Assembly (NCBI GenBank): GCA_964514975.1
Contig: CAZESS010000007.1
Location: forward strand, 1 to 64,000
Length of the DNA: 64,000 nucleotides
Direction: 5' to 3'
Source of the DNA: an uncultured Thermoplasmatales archaeon
Lineage (GTDB): Archaea > Thermoplasmatota > E2 > UBA202 > DSCA01
The notes beneath the pieces are model-generated. The model searched no databases. It was not told the DNA's origin and saw only the letters and a program-made list of their open reading frames with translations. This document shows, in pieces, positions 38,354-50,200 of this stretch. Position numbers and translations under genes: made by a program. Position 1 is the first letter of the stretch, and each line of letters starts with the position of its first letter.

Positions 38354-39610
38354 CTATGTTTTTGTTTTGTCGGCTGCTTGAGCGTGGCTCTGGCTGCTGG
38401 TGTTGCGGCCGGGGAGAACGCTGAAGATGGTAACGTCGAGCTCTGCTGTCGCGTTGAGGCCAGCCTCGTCGAATGCCTGTATCTGCAGCGTATGTCGCCC
38501 GAAGGCCAGGCCCCATGTCCATTCATATGGAGCTTCCGATGTATTGTACTGTTTTACGCCGTCGACGGAAAAGATAACGTCGCTGACCGGCGAAGCTGTA
38601 CCGTCGACCTCCACACTGACAGTTATCCGCCCGAGGATGATGGTCTTGTCCCGCAGCGATGGTAGAAGCGACCGTCCGAAGAAATGTATGTAGCCCGCGT
38701 CCGGGTTGGTTACGTTGACGGTGGGGGGCCCTTTGTCGATTTTTATATGTGTGGCCTGTACCGTCTCGATGTTGCCTGCGTCGTCAACCGCATAATACTC
38801 AAGGCGGTTGTTCCCCTGCTGGCTGAGGACGAATGTCGTTGAATATGTTTTCCATGTGCCGTTGTTTATGCTGTAGTAGGTCGTGTCGACGCCGGATGTG
38901 GCATCGGTTGGCAGCAGTGTTATGCTGACGTTGCTGGTGTACCATCCATTTTCTCCCTCGTCCCCGTCGATTGAGATGTTCGTGGTCGGAGCTGTCGTGT
39001 CAACGGTGATCTGAGCTGTATCCTCGTCTGTTAACCCGTCGTCGTCGGTTACGTTCAGCGTCGCATCATAGACGCCATCTTCTGTATAGTTGTGTGTCAC
39101 AACGGCCGATGTCCCGCTCGTGGTGTCTCCGTCTCCGAATGCCCAGGCATAGTTTTCGATGGTTCCGTCCGGGTCATATGACTCGGTTCCGTTTAATGTC
39201 ACCAGGGTATAGTTTACGACCTGGTCGGGGCCAGCGTCTGCAACCGGGGGCTGACCATGGATGGTGATCTGTTTCGTTCTCGAGTCCGTGGACCAGTTGT
39301 AGTCGGTGACCGTCAGCGTGACATTGTAGGTTCCCTCCTCGTCGTACTGGTGAGTGGGATTTTGAGCTGAGACGTTTTGCGTGCCATCTCCAAAGTTCCA
39401 TTCCCATATCTGGATGTCGTCGTTGGGGTCCGTGCTGTCATCGATGAACTGCACCACGGTGTCGGTCGTCAGGTCTTCCCCTGTTGGCTCCCAGTAGAAA
39501 TCTGCGGTCGGCGGCTGGTTGCCAATTGCAGCGGACAATGGCACGACAGATGTGACAAGCAAACCGACGATGAGGAAAACAGCGAGAGGTACCTTTTTTT
39601 TCATGGACAT
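38354..39610 (-). CDS. Secreted protein with two PKD domains and C-terminal Ig-like domains
   Basis: Signal peptide; WNFGDG and WAFGDG PKD motifs; GENGWY Ig-like module. Confidence 0.9.
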   Translation of the reverse strand: MSMKKKVPLAVFLIVGLLVTSVVPLSAAIGNQPPTADFYWEPTGEDLTTDTVVQFIDDSTDPNDDIQIWEWNFGDGTQNVSAQNPTHQYDEEGTYNVTLTVTDYNWSTDSRTKQITIHGQPPVADAGPDQVVNYTLVTLNGTESYDPDGTIENYAWAFGDGDTTSGTSAVVTHNYTEDGVYDATLNVTDDDGLTDEDTAQITVDTTAPTTNISIDGDEGENGWYTSNVSITLLPTDATSGVDTTYYSINNGTWKTYSTTFVLSQQGNNRLEYYAVDDAGNIETVQATHIKIDKGPPTVNVTNPDAGYIHFFGRSLLPSLRDKTIILGRITVSVEVDGTASPVSDVIFSVDGVKQYNTSEAPYEWTWGLAFGRHTLQIQAFDEAGLNATAELDVTIFSVLPGRNTSSQSHAQAADKTKT

Positions 39611-39754
39611 ACTTCCACCTGTTAAACAATATATTAAACGAGTTTTTAAGTGTATCGCCTGCGGTCGATGACGGCCTGGTTACCGGGTATCCGTCCGGCT
39701 GTAACGGGCTTCAAAATATGTGAGATGTATCATTACAGCACATAGTAAAGGGAT

Positions 39755-39800
39755 ATGAAAAAAGGAAAAATGAGGGAAAAGAAGGGAAAAGGGGTGTGTT
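39755..39800 (-). terminator. Pyrimidine/U-rich archaeal terminator
   Basis: T/C-rich tract on the minus strand directly after the stop at 39808. Confidence 0.55.
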
Positions 39801-39807
39801 GTTAGCT

Positions 39808-42800
39808 CTACAGTATCTTCAGGTAGGCAACGGATGCCACGTTGTTGTTGGCGTTCCCTGCGTTGTCTGCCACGGAGATGGTCAGCGTGTCGCTGCCAAC
39901 CAGGTACATCGGCATGTGGTACTCGTAGGGGCTGACCGCGTCTTCCACGGTGCCCTTGCTGGTTTCGAAGGTCACATAGTCGACGCCTGATGTCGCATCG
40001 CTTGCGCTTGCACTCGCTGTCAGCGGCCCGATGATCAGTGCCTTGTCCTTGAACAGGATGCGTGGCATGATGTCGCGGCCGAACAGGTAGATACGTCCTG
40101 CCTGTGGCATTTCGAGGTTTGCCGTGGGGTTGGTCTGGTCTATCTTGAACGAGATCGTCTTGTGTTCCTCTTCGTTGCCGACTGCGTCGACGCTGTAGTA
40201 TTCCACGGTGTGTTCGCCGTCGTCGCTGACCGTGAACGGGCTGGAGTAGGTCTGCCATGAGCCGCCGTCGATGCGGTAGTATGTGGTGCCCATCTCTCTG
40301 TCTTCGGCGTTCAGCGTGACGGTGACGTCGCTCACGTACCAGCCGTTTTCGCCGTTGGGTGTCGACGGGCCGAGCACGGCGGTAGTCCTCGGAGCCTCGG
40401 TGTCTTCTTTGCCAGTGATGCGCAGGTCGTCAAGCTGGATGGCTCCCGGCGCAACGGATGCGTCGGAGAGGAGGTGCCAGCGGAGCATGACTTCCTGTCC
40501 CGCGTACGCCGTGAGGTCGATACCGTAGTCGTGGCCCCATGGCAGTATCGCCTGGCTGTCAACCGGATACTGGTCGACCCAGCCGCCGGAGTCGCCGGCG
40601 TAGCCGTAGGGTGAGAGCTGGTGCCAGGTTTCGCCGTCGTCGGTGCTGATTTCGACCATCAGGTGGTCCTGCGGATATGCGTTGCAGTCCATCAGCTGGT
40701 AGTCATAGTAGTCGTAGCCCTCTTCGATGCTGTAGTTGAGCATGTAGCGGAGGTATGCCTGGTAGACGCCGCTGAGGTCGATGGTGGTCACAATCTTGTC
40801 GTTGGCCCTGTTGCGGTAGGTGCCGTAGCTGCTGTCATAGGCAATCGCGTTGTCCAGACCGGTGTAGCCCAGCCACTTGTTGTAGTTGCTGTAGGTGTAG
40901 GGGTCAAAGTTGGCTACCGAGTAATCGCCGGTGTAGCTGCAGGTGTCGGTGTGGTGCCACATGCTGCCGGTCCACTGCTCGATGTTCAGCCACTTGTCCA
41001 GGGTGCCGCTTTCAAAGTCGTCCTCGAACAGGGTGGTGTGTGTCCACATCCAGGTGTTGTTGTGGCCGTTCTGCGGGATGGTCTCGTTGACGTAGCTTAT
41101 GACCTCCACGTTGTCGATGTAGGCGCCCTTGAACGTGTATGATGCGTCGGTCAGGATGTGGAAGCGGAACGTCATCTCGTCGGTGAGGCCGACATTGACC
41201 GGGATGTTGAACAGCCCTGTCACGTCATACTGCTTGAACGCGGGGATGTAGTCGGTGCCGTTGAACAGCTCGATGGAGATGTCCTGCCAGACTTCCTGGT
41301 TTGCGGCGGAGTTTGTCAGGTTGTTCCAGGCGGCGACGGTCCACCAGTTGTCGCCGGAGTCGTTGGTCACTTCGAGGGTGAGGTAGTCCCAGGCGTATTC
41401 GATTTCGTTCCACAGGTCGAAGTGTATCTCGACCGCGGAGTGCTGGCCCCACTTGAACGTCTTGATGTCGCCGTCTTCTGTGGCGGGCACCAGGCAGTCG
41501 TCGGCATTCCATTCTGTCTCGCTCTCATAGCCTTCGCCGGTGTATGCATACTGGTTGTATGTCCACTCGTCGGGGCTGACACCGTTGTCAACGACCTCCC
41601 AGTTGCCGGGGACGCCGAAGGTGTTGTCATGCGTGCTCCATCCGGTGGGCATTTCGTCCGTGTCATCGAAGTTTTCTTCGTAGAGGCACCGATGGATGTA
41701 GGTCATGTCGGAGCGGGCCTCATCGTTGTACATGTATCCGAGGTCCGGATCTCCCTTGAAGCCGCTGTTCCAGTCATCCTCGACGTTGGTGGTAATCGTG
41801 GCCATGTAGTTGCTGTAATCGCAGGCCTCCCACTCGAGCTCGATGTCGTCCGACTGCTCGCCAGGGGTCAGCACGTCGGTGGTGCCGCTGCTGCTCCAGA
41901 CGGTCTCGCCGGTAGATACCGAGTAGGCGTGGATGTCGTCCAGGAAGAAGCCGCCCCAGCCGTCGGGACCCGTATTGATGCTGCCGTCGCTCATAAACGC
42001 CCAGAACACGCCGATTTCGCCGGTCATCGGAGCGTAGTTGTTCGCGAGGAACCAGCCATTTGCAGCATTATACAGCGAGGTGATCGGTATGCCGTCTTTC
42101 ACCCAGCCGCCGGACGAGCCACTCTTCTCGAGGCCGGTGAAGCGAAGGAGCAGCCCTGCGTTCGGGTTGAACACGCCGAACCACATGTTGTCGCCGGTCG
42201 CGATGGAGTACTTGTTGAAGTATTCGAGCTGGACGTTGACATTGTTGGCCAGCTGTGAGGAGACGTCCATCACCGGGGACAGGAGATAGTGGAAGTACGC
42301 GTTGTTCGGGTACACGTTGTCGTCGATGCCGGTGCCCATTTCCTCGCAGAAGCCCCAGGAATGCGTGCCTGAATGAGCAACGGTGTCGGATACGTGCCAG
42401 TATTCCGAGGGTGCCTCACATTCGTTGTCGAAGTAGCCAGTCTGCCAGTCGCCTTCGCCGTCCTCGACGTCATCCTCTATCAGGTAGTTGATGTACGCCT
42501 TTTTGATGTCGACGGTGTAGGGGATCGCCTCGGCGATGGTTCCCTGGTTGCTGACGTGACCGTTAATCGGCACGGTGACACAGTCGCCGCTCTTCCGTAT
42601 CTCGGGGGTCGGGATGCTGATGTCATCGCCCTTTCCGTCATGCCAGTCGCCGAAGTACACGCTCTCGTTGACGCCGTTCAACGGGTCCCAGTACATGTTA
42701 CCCGTCATCGAGTCAAGTTTCCAGGCGCCGTTGTAATCGGCGGCGCCGTCGACGTCGCCGAGCTCGTCGGCGCTGACGGTGTATGCCTCAAAGAAGTATG

Positions 42801-43998
42801 TAACATCGTCTTTAGGGTCAAAGCCGAAATGGAACTTGACCTGCGTCTGGAAAGGTGACATGTAGCCGTTCTGAGGGCTCATCTCGGTGGTGTTGTCGAA
42901 CGCTTCCAGGTGCAGCGGATGGCTCACGGGCTTGTACTGCTGGTCGACGAGTTCCTGCGTGGCGCCGCACATGCCTTTCAGGACGAAGTCATCGATGTAC
43001 CAGCCCTCGTATTCCTTATGCGGGTCTGATGTCCATGTGAACTTGAACTGGACTGTTTCGTTGGCCTGCGTGAACCCGTTGATGACCCAGCCAATCGGAT
43101 TGTCCGCTGCATCATAAGCGTATGAGTTGCCAGCGAACATTTGATACCGGACGTTCTGGCCGTCTGGCGCTCCGCTCACCCATTCACCGAAGCTGTCCTC
43201 GTACCGGGCGACGGGCTGCCAGTCTTCGTCGTCAATGCGGTAGTACACGGTGCCATAATCCTCGAATTTTTCCAGATAATAGGTCATTTCGCCGCGAATC
43301 CACTGATTGAAGTCAAACCAGAGGCGGGTTGGCTTCTCGCCGCCGCACATTTCCGGAATGTCTATTTTTTTGCTGATCAGTTCATCCTCGGAGTTGGCAG
43401 CGTATGTGCCGGCCGAGCAGTCTTTGACGTTATGCCAGCTGTGCGTGGGTGAAACCGATTTTTCCTCCGTCCGTGCCCAGGTGTTTCCGTCGCCGTCGAT
43501 GTCGTTGGCTGTCCAGTTGGTGTAGCAGGATTCCATGTCGTCCTTCCATATCATAAATGGATCGGGCTCGACTTCCTCGTAAACCTGCAATGCTACACGA
43601 ACGTCACGCGCCACTTCACCCCAGTTGGTTACCGTGACCACCACGTTCGTTGGCGCTTCGTCATGAGGAACGGTAGGGTCAGGTTGATTGAGATAGGTCA
43701 CGTCAGTGTCATTGGTGGGCCGACGTGCCGCGTCACTGTACGGGTCGGTTGCGTCCGTTCCCTTGTACCGGTTGTCCTCGTGCCGTGCATAGTCGGTGGG
43801 GTCTTCCGGGTCATAGGGAGGGGTTCCCGGTTCGCCATATAAGGCTGTCTCGTAATCTATATCACAGGTACCGTTAGTGCCGTCATCACCAGTAGTATGG
43901 CCGTCACTGAAACTATTCGCCGGTATGCCTATCATCGCAAAAGCGACGAGTAGAGAGATTGCCACTTTCAGTCCTTTTCTGCTTGTTTTTGCTTTCAT
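39808..43998 (-). CDS. Large secreted/surface protein with repeated jelly-roll (MAM/cleaved-adhesin/InhA-like) domains
   Basis: Signal peptide; repeated F.f.SD....GWYIDD-type motifs; C-terminal Ig-like module. Confidence 0.85.
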   Translation of the reverse strand: MKAKTSRKGLKVAISLLVAFAMIGIPANSFSDGHTTGDDGTNGTCDIDYETALYGEPGTPPYDPEDPTDYARHEDNRYKGTDATDPYSDAARRPTNDTDVTYLNQPDPTVPHDEAPTNVVVTVTNWGEVARDVRVALQVYEEVEPDPFMIWKDDMESCYTNWTANDIDGDGNTWARTEEKSVSPTHSWHNVKDCSAGTYAANSEDELISKKIDIPEMCGGEKPTRLWFDFNQWIRGEMTYYLEKFEDYGTVYYRIDDEDWQPVARYEDSFGEWVSGAPDGQNVRYQMFAGNSYAYDAADNPIGWVINGFTQANETVQFKFTWTSDPHKEYEGWYIDDFVLKGMCGATQELVDQQYKPVSHPLHLEAFDNTTEMSPQNGYMSPFQTQVKFHFGFDPKDDVTYFFEAYTVSADELGDVDGAADYNGAWKLDSMTGNMYWDPLNGVNESVYFGDWHDGKGDDISIPTPEIRKSGDCVTVPINGHVSNQGTIAEAIPYTVDIKKAYINYLIEDDVEDGEGDWQTGYFDNECEAPSEYWHVSDTVAHSGTHSWGFCEEMGTGIDDNVYPNNAYFHYLLSPVMDVSSQLANNVNVQLEYFNKYSIATGDNMWFGVFNPNAGLLLRFTGLEKSGSSGGWVKDGIPITSLYNAANGWFLANNYAPMTGEIGVFWAFMSDGSINTGPDGWGGFFLDDIHAYSVSTGETVWSSSGTTDVLTPGEQSDDIELEWEACDYSNYMATITTNVEDDWNSGFKGDPDLGYMYNDEARSDMTYIHRCLYEENFDDTDEMPTGWSTHDNTFGVPGNWEVVDNGVSPDEWTYNQYAYTGEGYESETEWNADDCLVPATEDGDIKTFKWGQHSAVEIHFDLWNEIEYAWDYLTLEVTNDSGDNWWTVAAWNNLTNSAANQEVWQDISIELFNGTDYIPAFKQYDVTGLFNIPVNVGLTDEMTFRFHILTDASYTFKGAYIDNVEVISYVNETIPQNGHNNTWMWTHTTLFEDDFESGTLDKWLNIEQWTGSMWHHTDTCSYTGDYSVANFDPYTYSNYNKWLGYTGLDNAIAYDSSYGTYRNRANDKIVTTIDLSGVYQAYLRYMLNYSIEEGYDYYDYQLMDCNAYPQDHLMVEISTDDGETWHQLSPYGYAGDSGGWVDQYPVDSQAILPWGHDYGIDLTAYAGQEVMLRWHLLSDASVAPGAIQLDDLRITGKEDTEAPRTTAVLGPSTPNGENGWYVSDVTVTLNAEDREMGTTYYRIDGGSWQTYSSPFTVSDDGEHTVEYYSVDAVGNEEEHKTISFKIDQTNPTANLEMPQAGRIYLFGRDIMPRILFKDKALIIGPLTASASASDATSGVDYVTFETSKGTVEDAVSPYEYHMPMYLVGSDTLTISVADNAGNANNNVASVAYLKIL

Positions 43999-44051
43999 GT
44001 TTTGCCTCCAAACCTATATGGGGGAATTGGTATATAAATACTTCGGTCGGA
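43988..44051 (-). promoter_or_regulatory. Promoter/5'UTR (BRE-TATA-GGAGG) duplicated at 63399..63462
   Basis: 57/64 identical to the second copy; CCGAAGTATTTATATA...GGAGGCAAAACATG. Confidence 0.85.
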
Positions 44052-44288
44052 GGAGCCTGTTTCAACTGATGACACAGGCGCGGAAACGGCTGAAAAAGAG
44101 GGAACGAGGGGAAACGGAGCAAAAAAATTCGCGTGTCGGCACCCGGTACGTTGCGTCGCACGCGTGCCAGTTCGGCAAACATTCCGCCGCAGCAGGGATG
44201 CCCACCGACGGCGCGGTGCTGACATGTGCATCATGGGCGAATGTATCCTGCCATGAACCATTCGCTGCCGTTCCCGCCGCCGGCATGG

Positions 44289-47200
44289 CTACCCCGTCCA
44301 GTGGTCCAGGATGACGATGACATCGGAGATGTTGATAACATCGTCCTGGTTCACGTCGACGGCTGCATCCCAGCCGGCGCTGGATGGCGTCTCCCCCCAG
44401 TGGTCGAGCACCAGCAGGACATCGGAGACGTTGACGCTGCCGTCCCCGTTGACATCCCAGGGGTCATGGACAATCCAACAGGTGGCATCCGGCTTCGTTC
44501 CCTCCACCGGAAGCGGCTCTTGGCGGCCGACGTAGTCCTCCGCCACCGAGTAGAACTGGTAGTAGCCGCTGCCGTTGGGCGACCCGAACGACCATGCATA
44601 CGTATCCGTGGCTGTTCCGTAGGGCAGCCAGGATGTCCAGGACGCGTTATCCTCGCTGTACCGGTAATACAGGGTGACCGATGCGACGCCGCCGTCATCC
44701 TGGGCAGCAGCCGTTATGTTCAGCGTCGTCCCGTGCCATCGCGACGGAAGAGCATGCACCTGTGATTGAGGGATGTCGCAGTCGACATACACGTCGTTCC
44801 ATTCGACGACCTCGGTGGTGCCCGCCATGTCGACGCTGTAAAACTCTATCTCATATTTCCCACATGGATCGTAGCCAAATGCTGCTCCGAGCGATGCCAG
44901 ATCGATGGGGTCATACGGCGGATGCGGGTTCCACACCCCGTATTCCTGCCAGTTGAAGAGCATACGCCATGTACCCGTCGACTTCATCCACTTGTAGATG
45001 CGGTAGTATGTGTGGTTGATGCCTGATGCACCATCCTGCGGAAGGTCGGTTGCATCCAGCGTGATGGTCGTGTTTGCGGTAATGAAATGCAGGACATATT
45101 CGCCATGGCCCTGGAAGTAGGTCACGTTGTGGACGATGCCGTGGAATACCTTGTGAGTGTCCGGCGGCTGCGCGCTGACGGTCGCGTTTGCCCAGGCCCG
45201 GTCGGAGAGCCCCTCGTCACAGGTCACGTCCACCCGGTTGTGCAGCGTGTCTCCCTCCTGAGCCACGGGCAGCACGTCTGCATGTACGGTTATCGTGAAC
45301 TGGTCTCCCGCCTGGAGCACATCGAGGTTCCATGTCGTGTTGGCCGTGTTGTTCGGCATCGGGGAGGCAGTGCTGAAGCGAACGTGCGGGTCATATGTCT
45401 CCGTTACCACCACGTCTGTGGCGGGCGCCGTGCCGGTGTTGTTCACCCGTATAGTATACACGAGATGGCCCTGTTTTTCCACGGTTGTCGGGGAGACCTG
45501 TTTGTCGATTGAGATGTTGGGGTGGGACACCACCGTGGTGTTTTCCTGTGCCGTGTCCTCGACGCCATCCGAGCAGGTGACGTGCACGGTGTTCAGGAGC
45601 ATCGTTCCATTTTTGACCGACTCGACGTGCACGCGGATGACGATGTGTTTGCTCTCGCTGACGTTCACCCGGGATATATTCCATATCGTGGTGCCGCTCG
45701 ACGGCATCGGCGATGCATCGACATAGCTCACGTTGGCGTCATACAGCTCCGTCACCACCACGTTGGTGGCGTTGGCGTTCGCGGTCGCGCTGTTGTTGAC
45801 CCATACGTGGTAGGTGAGGTTCTGTCCCGCCTCTACCGGGTCCACGCTGTCGGTTTTTTCGATGGTGAGCTCGGGTGACGAGGATATCTGCATGGCGGTG
45901 CCATTGCAGCTCACCATGTCATTGCTATAGTTACCATTGCTATCCCAGTGCACACAGGCCGTATTGTTCACCCATGTGCCATTATCCAGCGGCACTGCAA
46001 CCGTCACGTTAAACCCAACCATGATGGAATCATTCACCGGCACCACGCCATCCCACACCACACTCCCATTCACACTGTCAAACAACGCGCTCCCATCGCT
46101 CCACACCAGCGAACCCGGCACATAGGCAGTATGCCCGGGAATCGTATCGACCAGCTCATGCCCCGAATTGTTGTACTGCGGCATCGTCCCCGAGTTGTTC
46201 ACCCAGAGGGTATAGCATACCAGGTCACCCGGCTCAAGACTCCCGCCATCAACATCCACCATATGCTTTACGATAGATATCTCGGGCGAGGACACCACCT
46301 GCGTCGTCTCATAGGTCTCATCAAAGCAGCCCTCCCCGCATGTCACGTTGACCGTGTTGTTCAGCACCGTGTTATCGAGCGCCGATGCAACCTGAACGGT
46401 GACATTGATCGTCCAGCTCTCGTTCGCCACGAGCAACGACCGGTTCCACAACGTGGTGCCAGTCGACGGCATCGGCGACGCATCGACATAGCTTACGTTG
46501 GCGTCATAGGTCTCGATGACCGTCAGATCGGTGGCGTTGGCGTTCCCCGTGTTGGAAACCATGATGGTATAGTTGAGCATGGATCCCGGCTGCGTCGTAT
46601 TATCACTATCGGTCTTGATGATGGTGAGCTCGGGTGACGAGGATATCTGCATGGCGGTGCCATTGCAGCTCACCATGTCATTGCTATAGTTACCATTGCT
46701 ATCCCAGTGCACACAGGCCGTATTGTTCACCCATGTGCCATTATCCAGCGGCACTGCAACCGTCACGTTAAACCCAACCATGATGGAATCATTCACCGGC
46801 ACCACGCCATCCCACACCACACTCCCATTCACACTGTCAAACAACGCGCTCCCATCGCTCCACACCAGCGAACCCGGCACATAGGCAGTATGCCCGGGAA
46901 TCGTATCGACCAGCTCATGCCCCGAATTGTTGTACTGCGGCATCGTCCCCGAGTTGTTCACCCAGAGGGTATAGCATACCAGGTCACCCGGCTCAAGACT
47001 CCCGCCATCAACATCCACCATATGCTTGTCTACGGTGAGCATCGGTGTTGATATGACGGTTGTTTCTTCCCAGGTATGGTTTGTTGCGCCCTCCTGGCAT
47101 GTCACGGTGACGGTATTGTTGAGCACTGTTCCGTTGTCGAGCCCGTGGGCGACGGTGACGGTGACGGTGATGGTTTTTGTTTCGTTGACGGCGAGGTCGA

Positions 47201-50200
47201 ACAGCCATGTGTCGTTCCCTGCGCTGGGAGCCGGGGTGGCGCTGCTGTAGGAGACGTTTGTGTCGTAAAACTCGGTGAGGTTGACGTTTGTGGCGTTGCG
47301 GTTGCCATTGTTGTGGACGGTGACCGTGTAGGTGAGAGATGCGCCCGGCTGCACCGGGTCCGGCGTATCGGTTTTGTTGATTGCGAGGATGGGCTCATAT
47401 GTTTCGACGTAAAATGTTTCGTTGTCGTAGCGGACGTGGCCGAGGCAGTCGCCGGCTCTGATGTCGAGGGTGTGGATGCCCGCGGGCAGCGTGACGTTGA
47501 CCGGCGGCGTGACCGGTGTCCATTGGCCGCTGTCGATGCGATAGGCAACGGTCATGCTGGGGCAGCATCCGGGCGTGGCGTCGATGGTGATGTTGGTGGC
47601 CGTCGTGATGTTGTAGTCGGTGGCGACGTCGCCGTCGTAGTCTACCTGTGGCGTGCCGACGGTTTTGATGATGGTCGGCGCGGTGTCGTCGACGCAGAAG
47701 GTGAGGTTGCGATGGGTTGTGTGGCCGAGGCAGTCATAGGCGGTTACGTTGAGCCAGTGGATGCATTCCTCGGCGAAATAATGCATGAAGGGCAGGTCGG
47801 TGGCCTGCGTCCAGCCGCTGCCGTTGTTGTATATGACGGTCATGCTTGGACAGCATCCGGCATCGGTGGCGTCGATGGATACCGGCGTGGATGTGGTGAC
47901 GCAGTAGTCTGCAATGCCCACGTCGGTGCAGTTCGGCTGGCCGACGTCGATGGTGATGGATGGCGCCGCGTCGTCGACATGCAGCGTGACGTTGTGGTAT
48001 CCGGTGGCGGGCCAGCGGTTACCGAGGGCGTCCTCGGCCCATACGCCCAGGACATGGGTGCATGTTTCGTCGATGACCAGCGAGGTGTTGCCGGCGCTGC
48101 TCCCGCTGTCGTAGAGCCCGGTGCTGTTCCAGATGGCCCAGTGGATGACGATGCCGCCGACGGTGCAGTTCGGGGTGCTGCCGGCGTCGGTCGCGTTGAG
48201 CCACACGGGCGTGTCGGGAGTGATACAGTATTCGCTTCCGGCGCTGATTTCGCAGTGCGGCTGGCCGATGTCGACGCCTGCCGCTGGAGGTGTGGTATCG
48301 ACATGGTGGGTCTGCTGCTGCCATGGCTCCTCGTTGGACAGGGCATCCCGGGCTTTCCATCGTATCCGGTGGTAGCATGATTCGTTGAATGTGACGACGG
48401 TGTTGATGGAGCCATCCGCAGGGTTGTCGTCGTGGGGGCCGTTGTCATCGACCACCCGTGATAGCACTATTTCGCCGGGCTGGAATATCCCGTCCTGGTT
48501 TGCGTCCCGATGGATTTCGATGGTGATTTGTTGTACGCCGACGGTGCAGGTGCCCGTGTCGCTGGCGTTTATGTACAAGGGCGTGTCGGTGGTCACGAAG
48601 TCGTCATATCGCGGGGTGCCGATTTCCTTCGCTGACGTTGGCGTGGTGTCGTCCACGTGGAAGGTTTCGTTGTCGAGGGTTTCATGCCCCAGGCAGTCCC
48701 TGGCGCGTATCTCGAGGTAATGGGTGCATTCCTCGCCGAACGAGAGGTCGTGGGGCAGCAGGGCGGTGATGTTGACCCAGGGCGTCCAGCTTCCGTTCCA
48801 CCATATCCGGTATTCCACGGTCATGCCGGGGCAGCAGCCGGGGTTGTCCGCGTCGATGGTGATGGGCGTGCCGGTTGTGACGTAGTATTCCTCCTCCGGC
48901 GTTACGGTTACATGTGGGTCTCCGACGGTTTTGATGATGGATGGCGCGGTGTCGTCGACACAGAACGTGTGGTTGCTGTAGGCTGACTGGTCGAAGCAGG
49001 TATATGCGGTGACGTTGAGCCACTGGAGCCCCTGGCTTGAAAAATAATGGGTGTATGGCATCTGGTCGGTGATGTCGGTCCAACCACTGCCGGTGTCGTA
49101 CATGACCGTCATGTTGGGGCAGCAGCCGTTCGTGACGGTGATGGTGACAGGGGTGGCAGTGGTGACGCAGTAATCAGCGGCGCCCGCGTTGGTGCAGTTC
49201 GGCTGCCCGACGTCGATGTCGATATCCGGGATTGAGTTGTCAACATAGAAGGTATGGTTGTCGACCTGCTGGTTGCCGACATTGTCCATCGCCCTGATTT
49301 CAAGGTAATGCTGGCAGGAATGTGAAAACGTGAAGCCGTCCCCGGGCGTAATCGCCGTCCAGTCTGTCCAGGACCCGTTCCACCAGATCCGGTATTCCAA
49401 CTGCTGGAGGCCGGCGCCGCCCGCGCATCCCTCGTCGCTGGCATCAAGCGTTATGAGCGTCTGAGAGGTGACGCAGTACCCGTCATCCGTCGGACAGTGC
49501 GGGTCGCCAATAGTCATGTCGATCGGCGGCGGCGTGACATCCACATGTATCTCGTGCTCGTCAGGGGAAATCCGGCGTGGTTCCTCCAGACACCAGAAGG
49601 TGTCACGGTGACCGTTTTCGTCGCCCCAGTCGTAGAACAATATCTCTGCGGCGCCGTCGCCATCGATGTCGGCGACAGTGGGAGACGTATGAATCGGGCC
49701 GTTGGTCAGATACCGGGATGCCAGGGAGCCATTGCTGCCGTACAGCTTGTACAGGTATCCGTCGTCAGAGCCGATGAACACGTGCAGGCCGTTGCCGGGC
49801 ACGACATCGCTTTCATAGACCCCCGTGCGGCGGCAGTCATGCCGGAACATCGGCCACTGCAGCGGGAACAACGGCGGAGACTGGCTGAAAGATGCCGAGG
49901 AATACACCGCACCACCGGTGGTGTACTGCCATTCCATGCCGCCATTCGCGTCCACGCAGTATACGGTGCCGTCAACGGAGCCGAAGACGATTTCCGGATA
50001 CCCGTCACCGTCGACATCGCCAACGGACGGCGACGAATACACCGCACCACCCGTGCTGACATTCCACTGCTCCGCGCCGGTTTTCCCGTCGATGCAGTAG
50101 AGACGGCTGTCGTTCGAGCCGACGAGCACCTCCATCCAGGGGTCTCCATCGGGCAGGTTGACGAGCGCTGCAGACGAATAGACAGCTTTTCCGGTGGTGA

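Noticed and set aside
45861-47027. DGR template/variable repeat pair
   Set aside because: Copies are identical with no adenine-specific mismatches, both are in-frame in one gene, and no reverse transcriptase is present.
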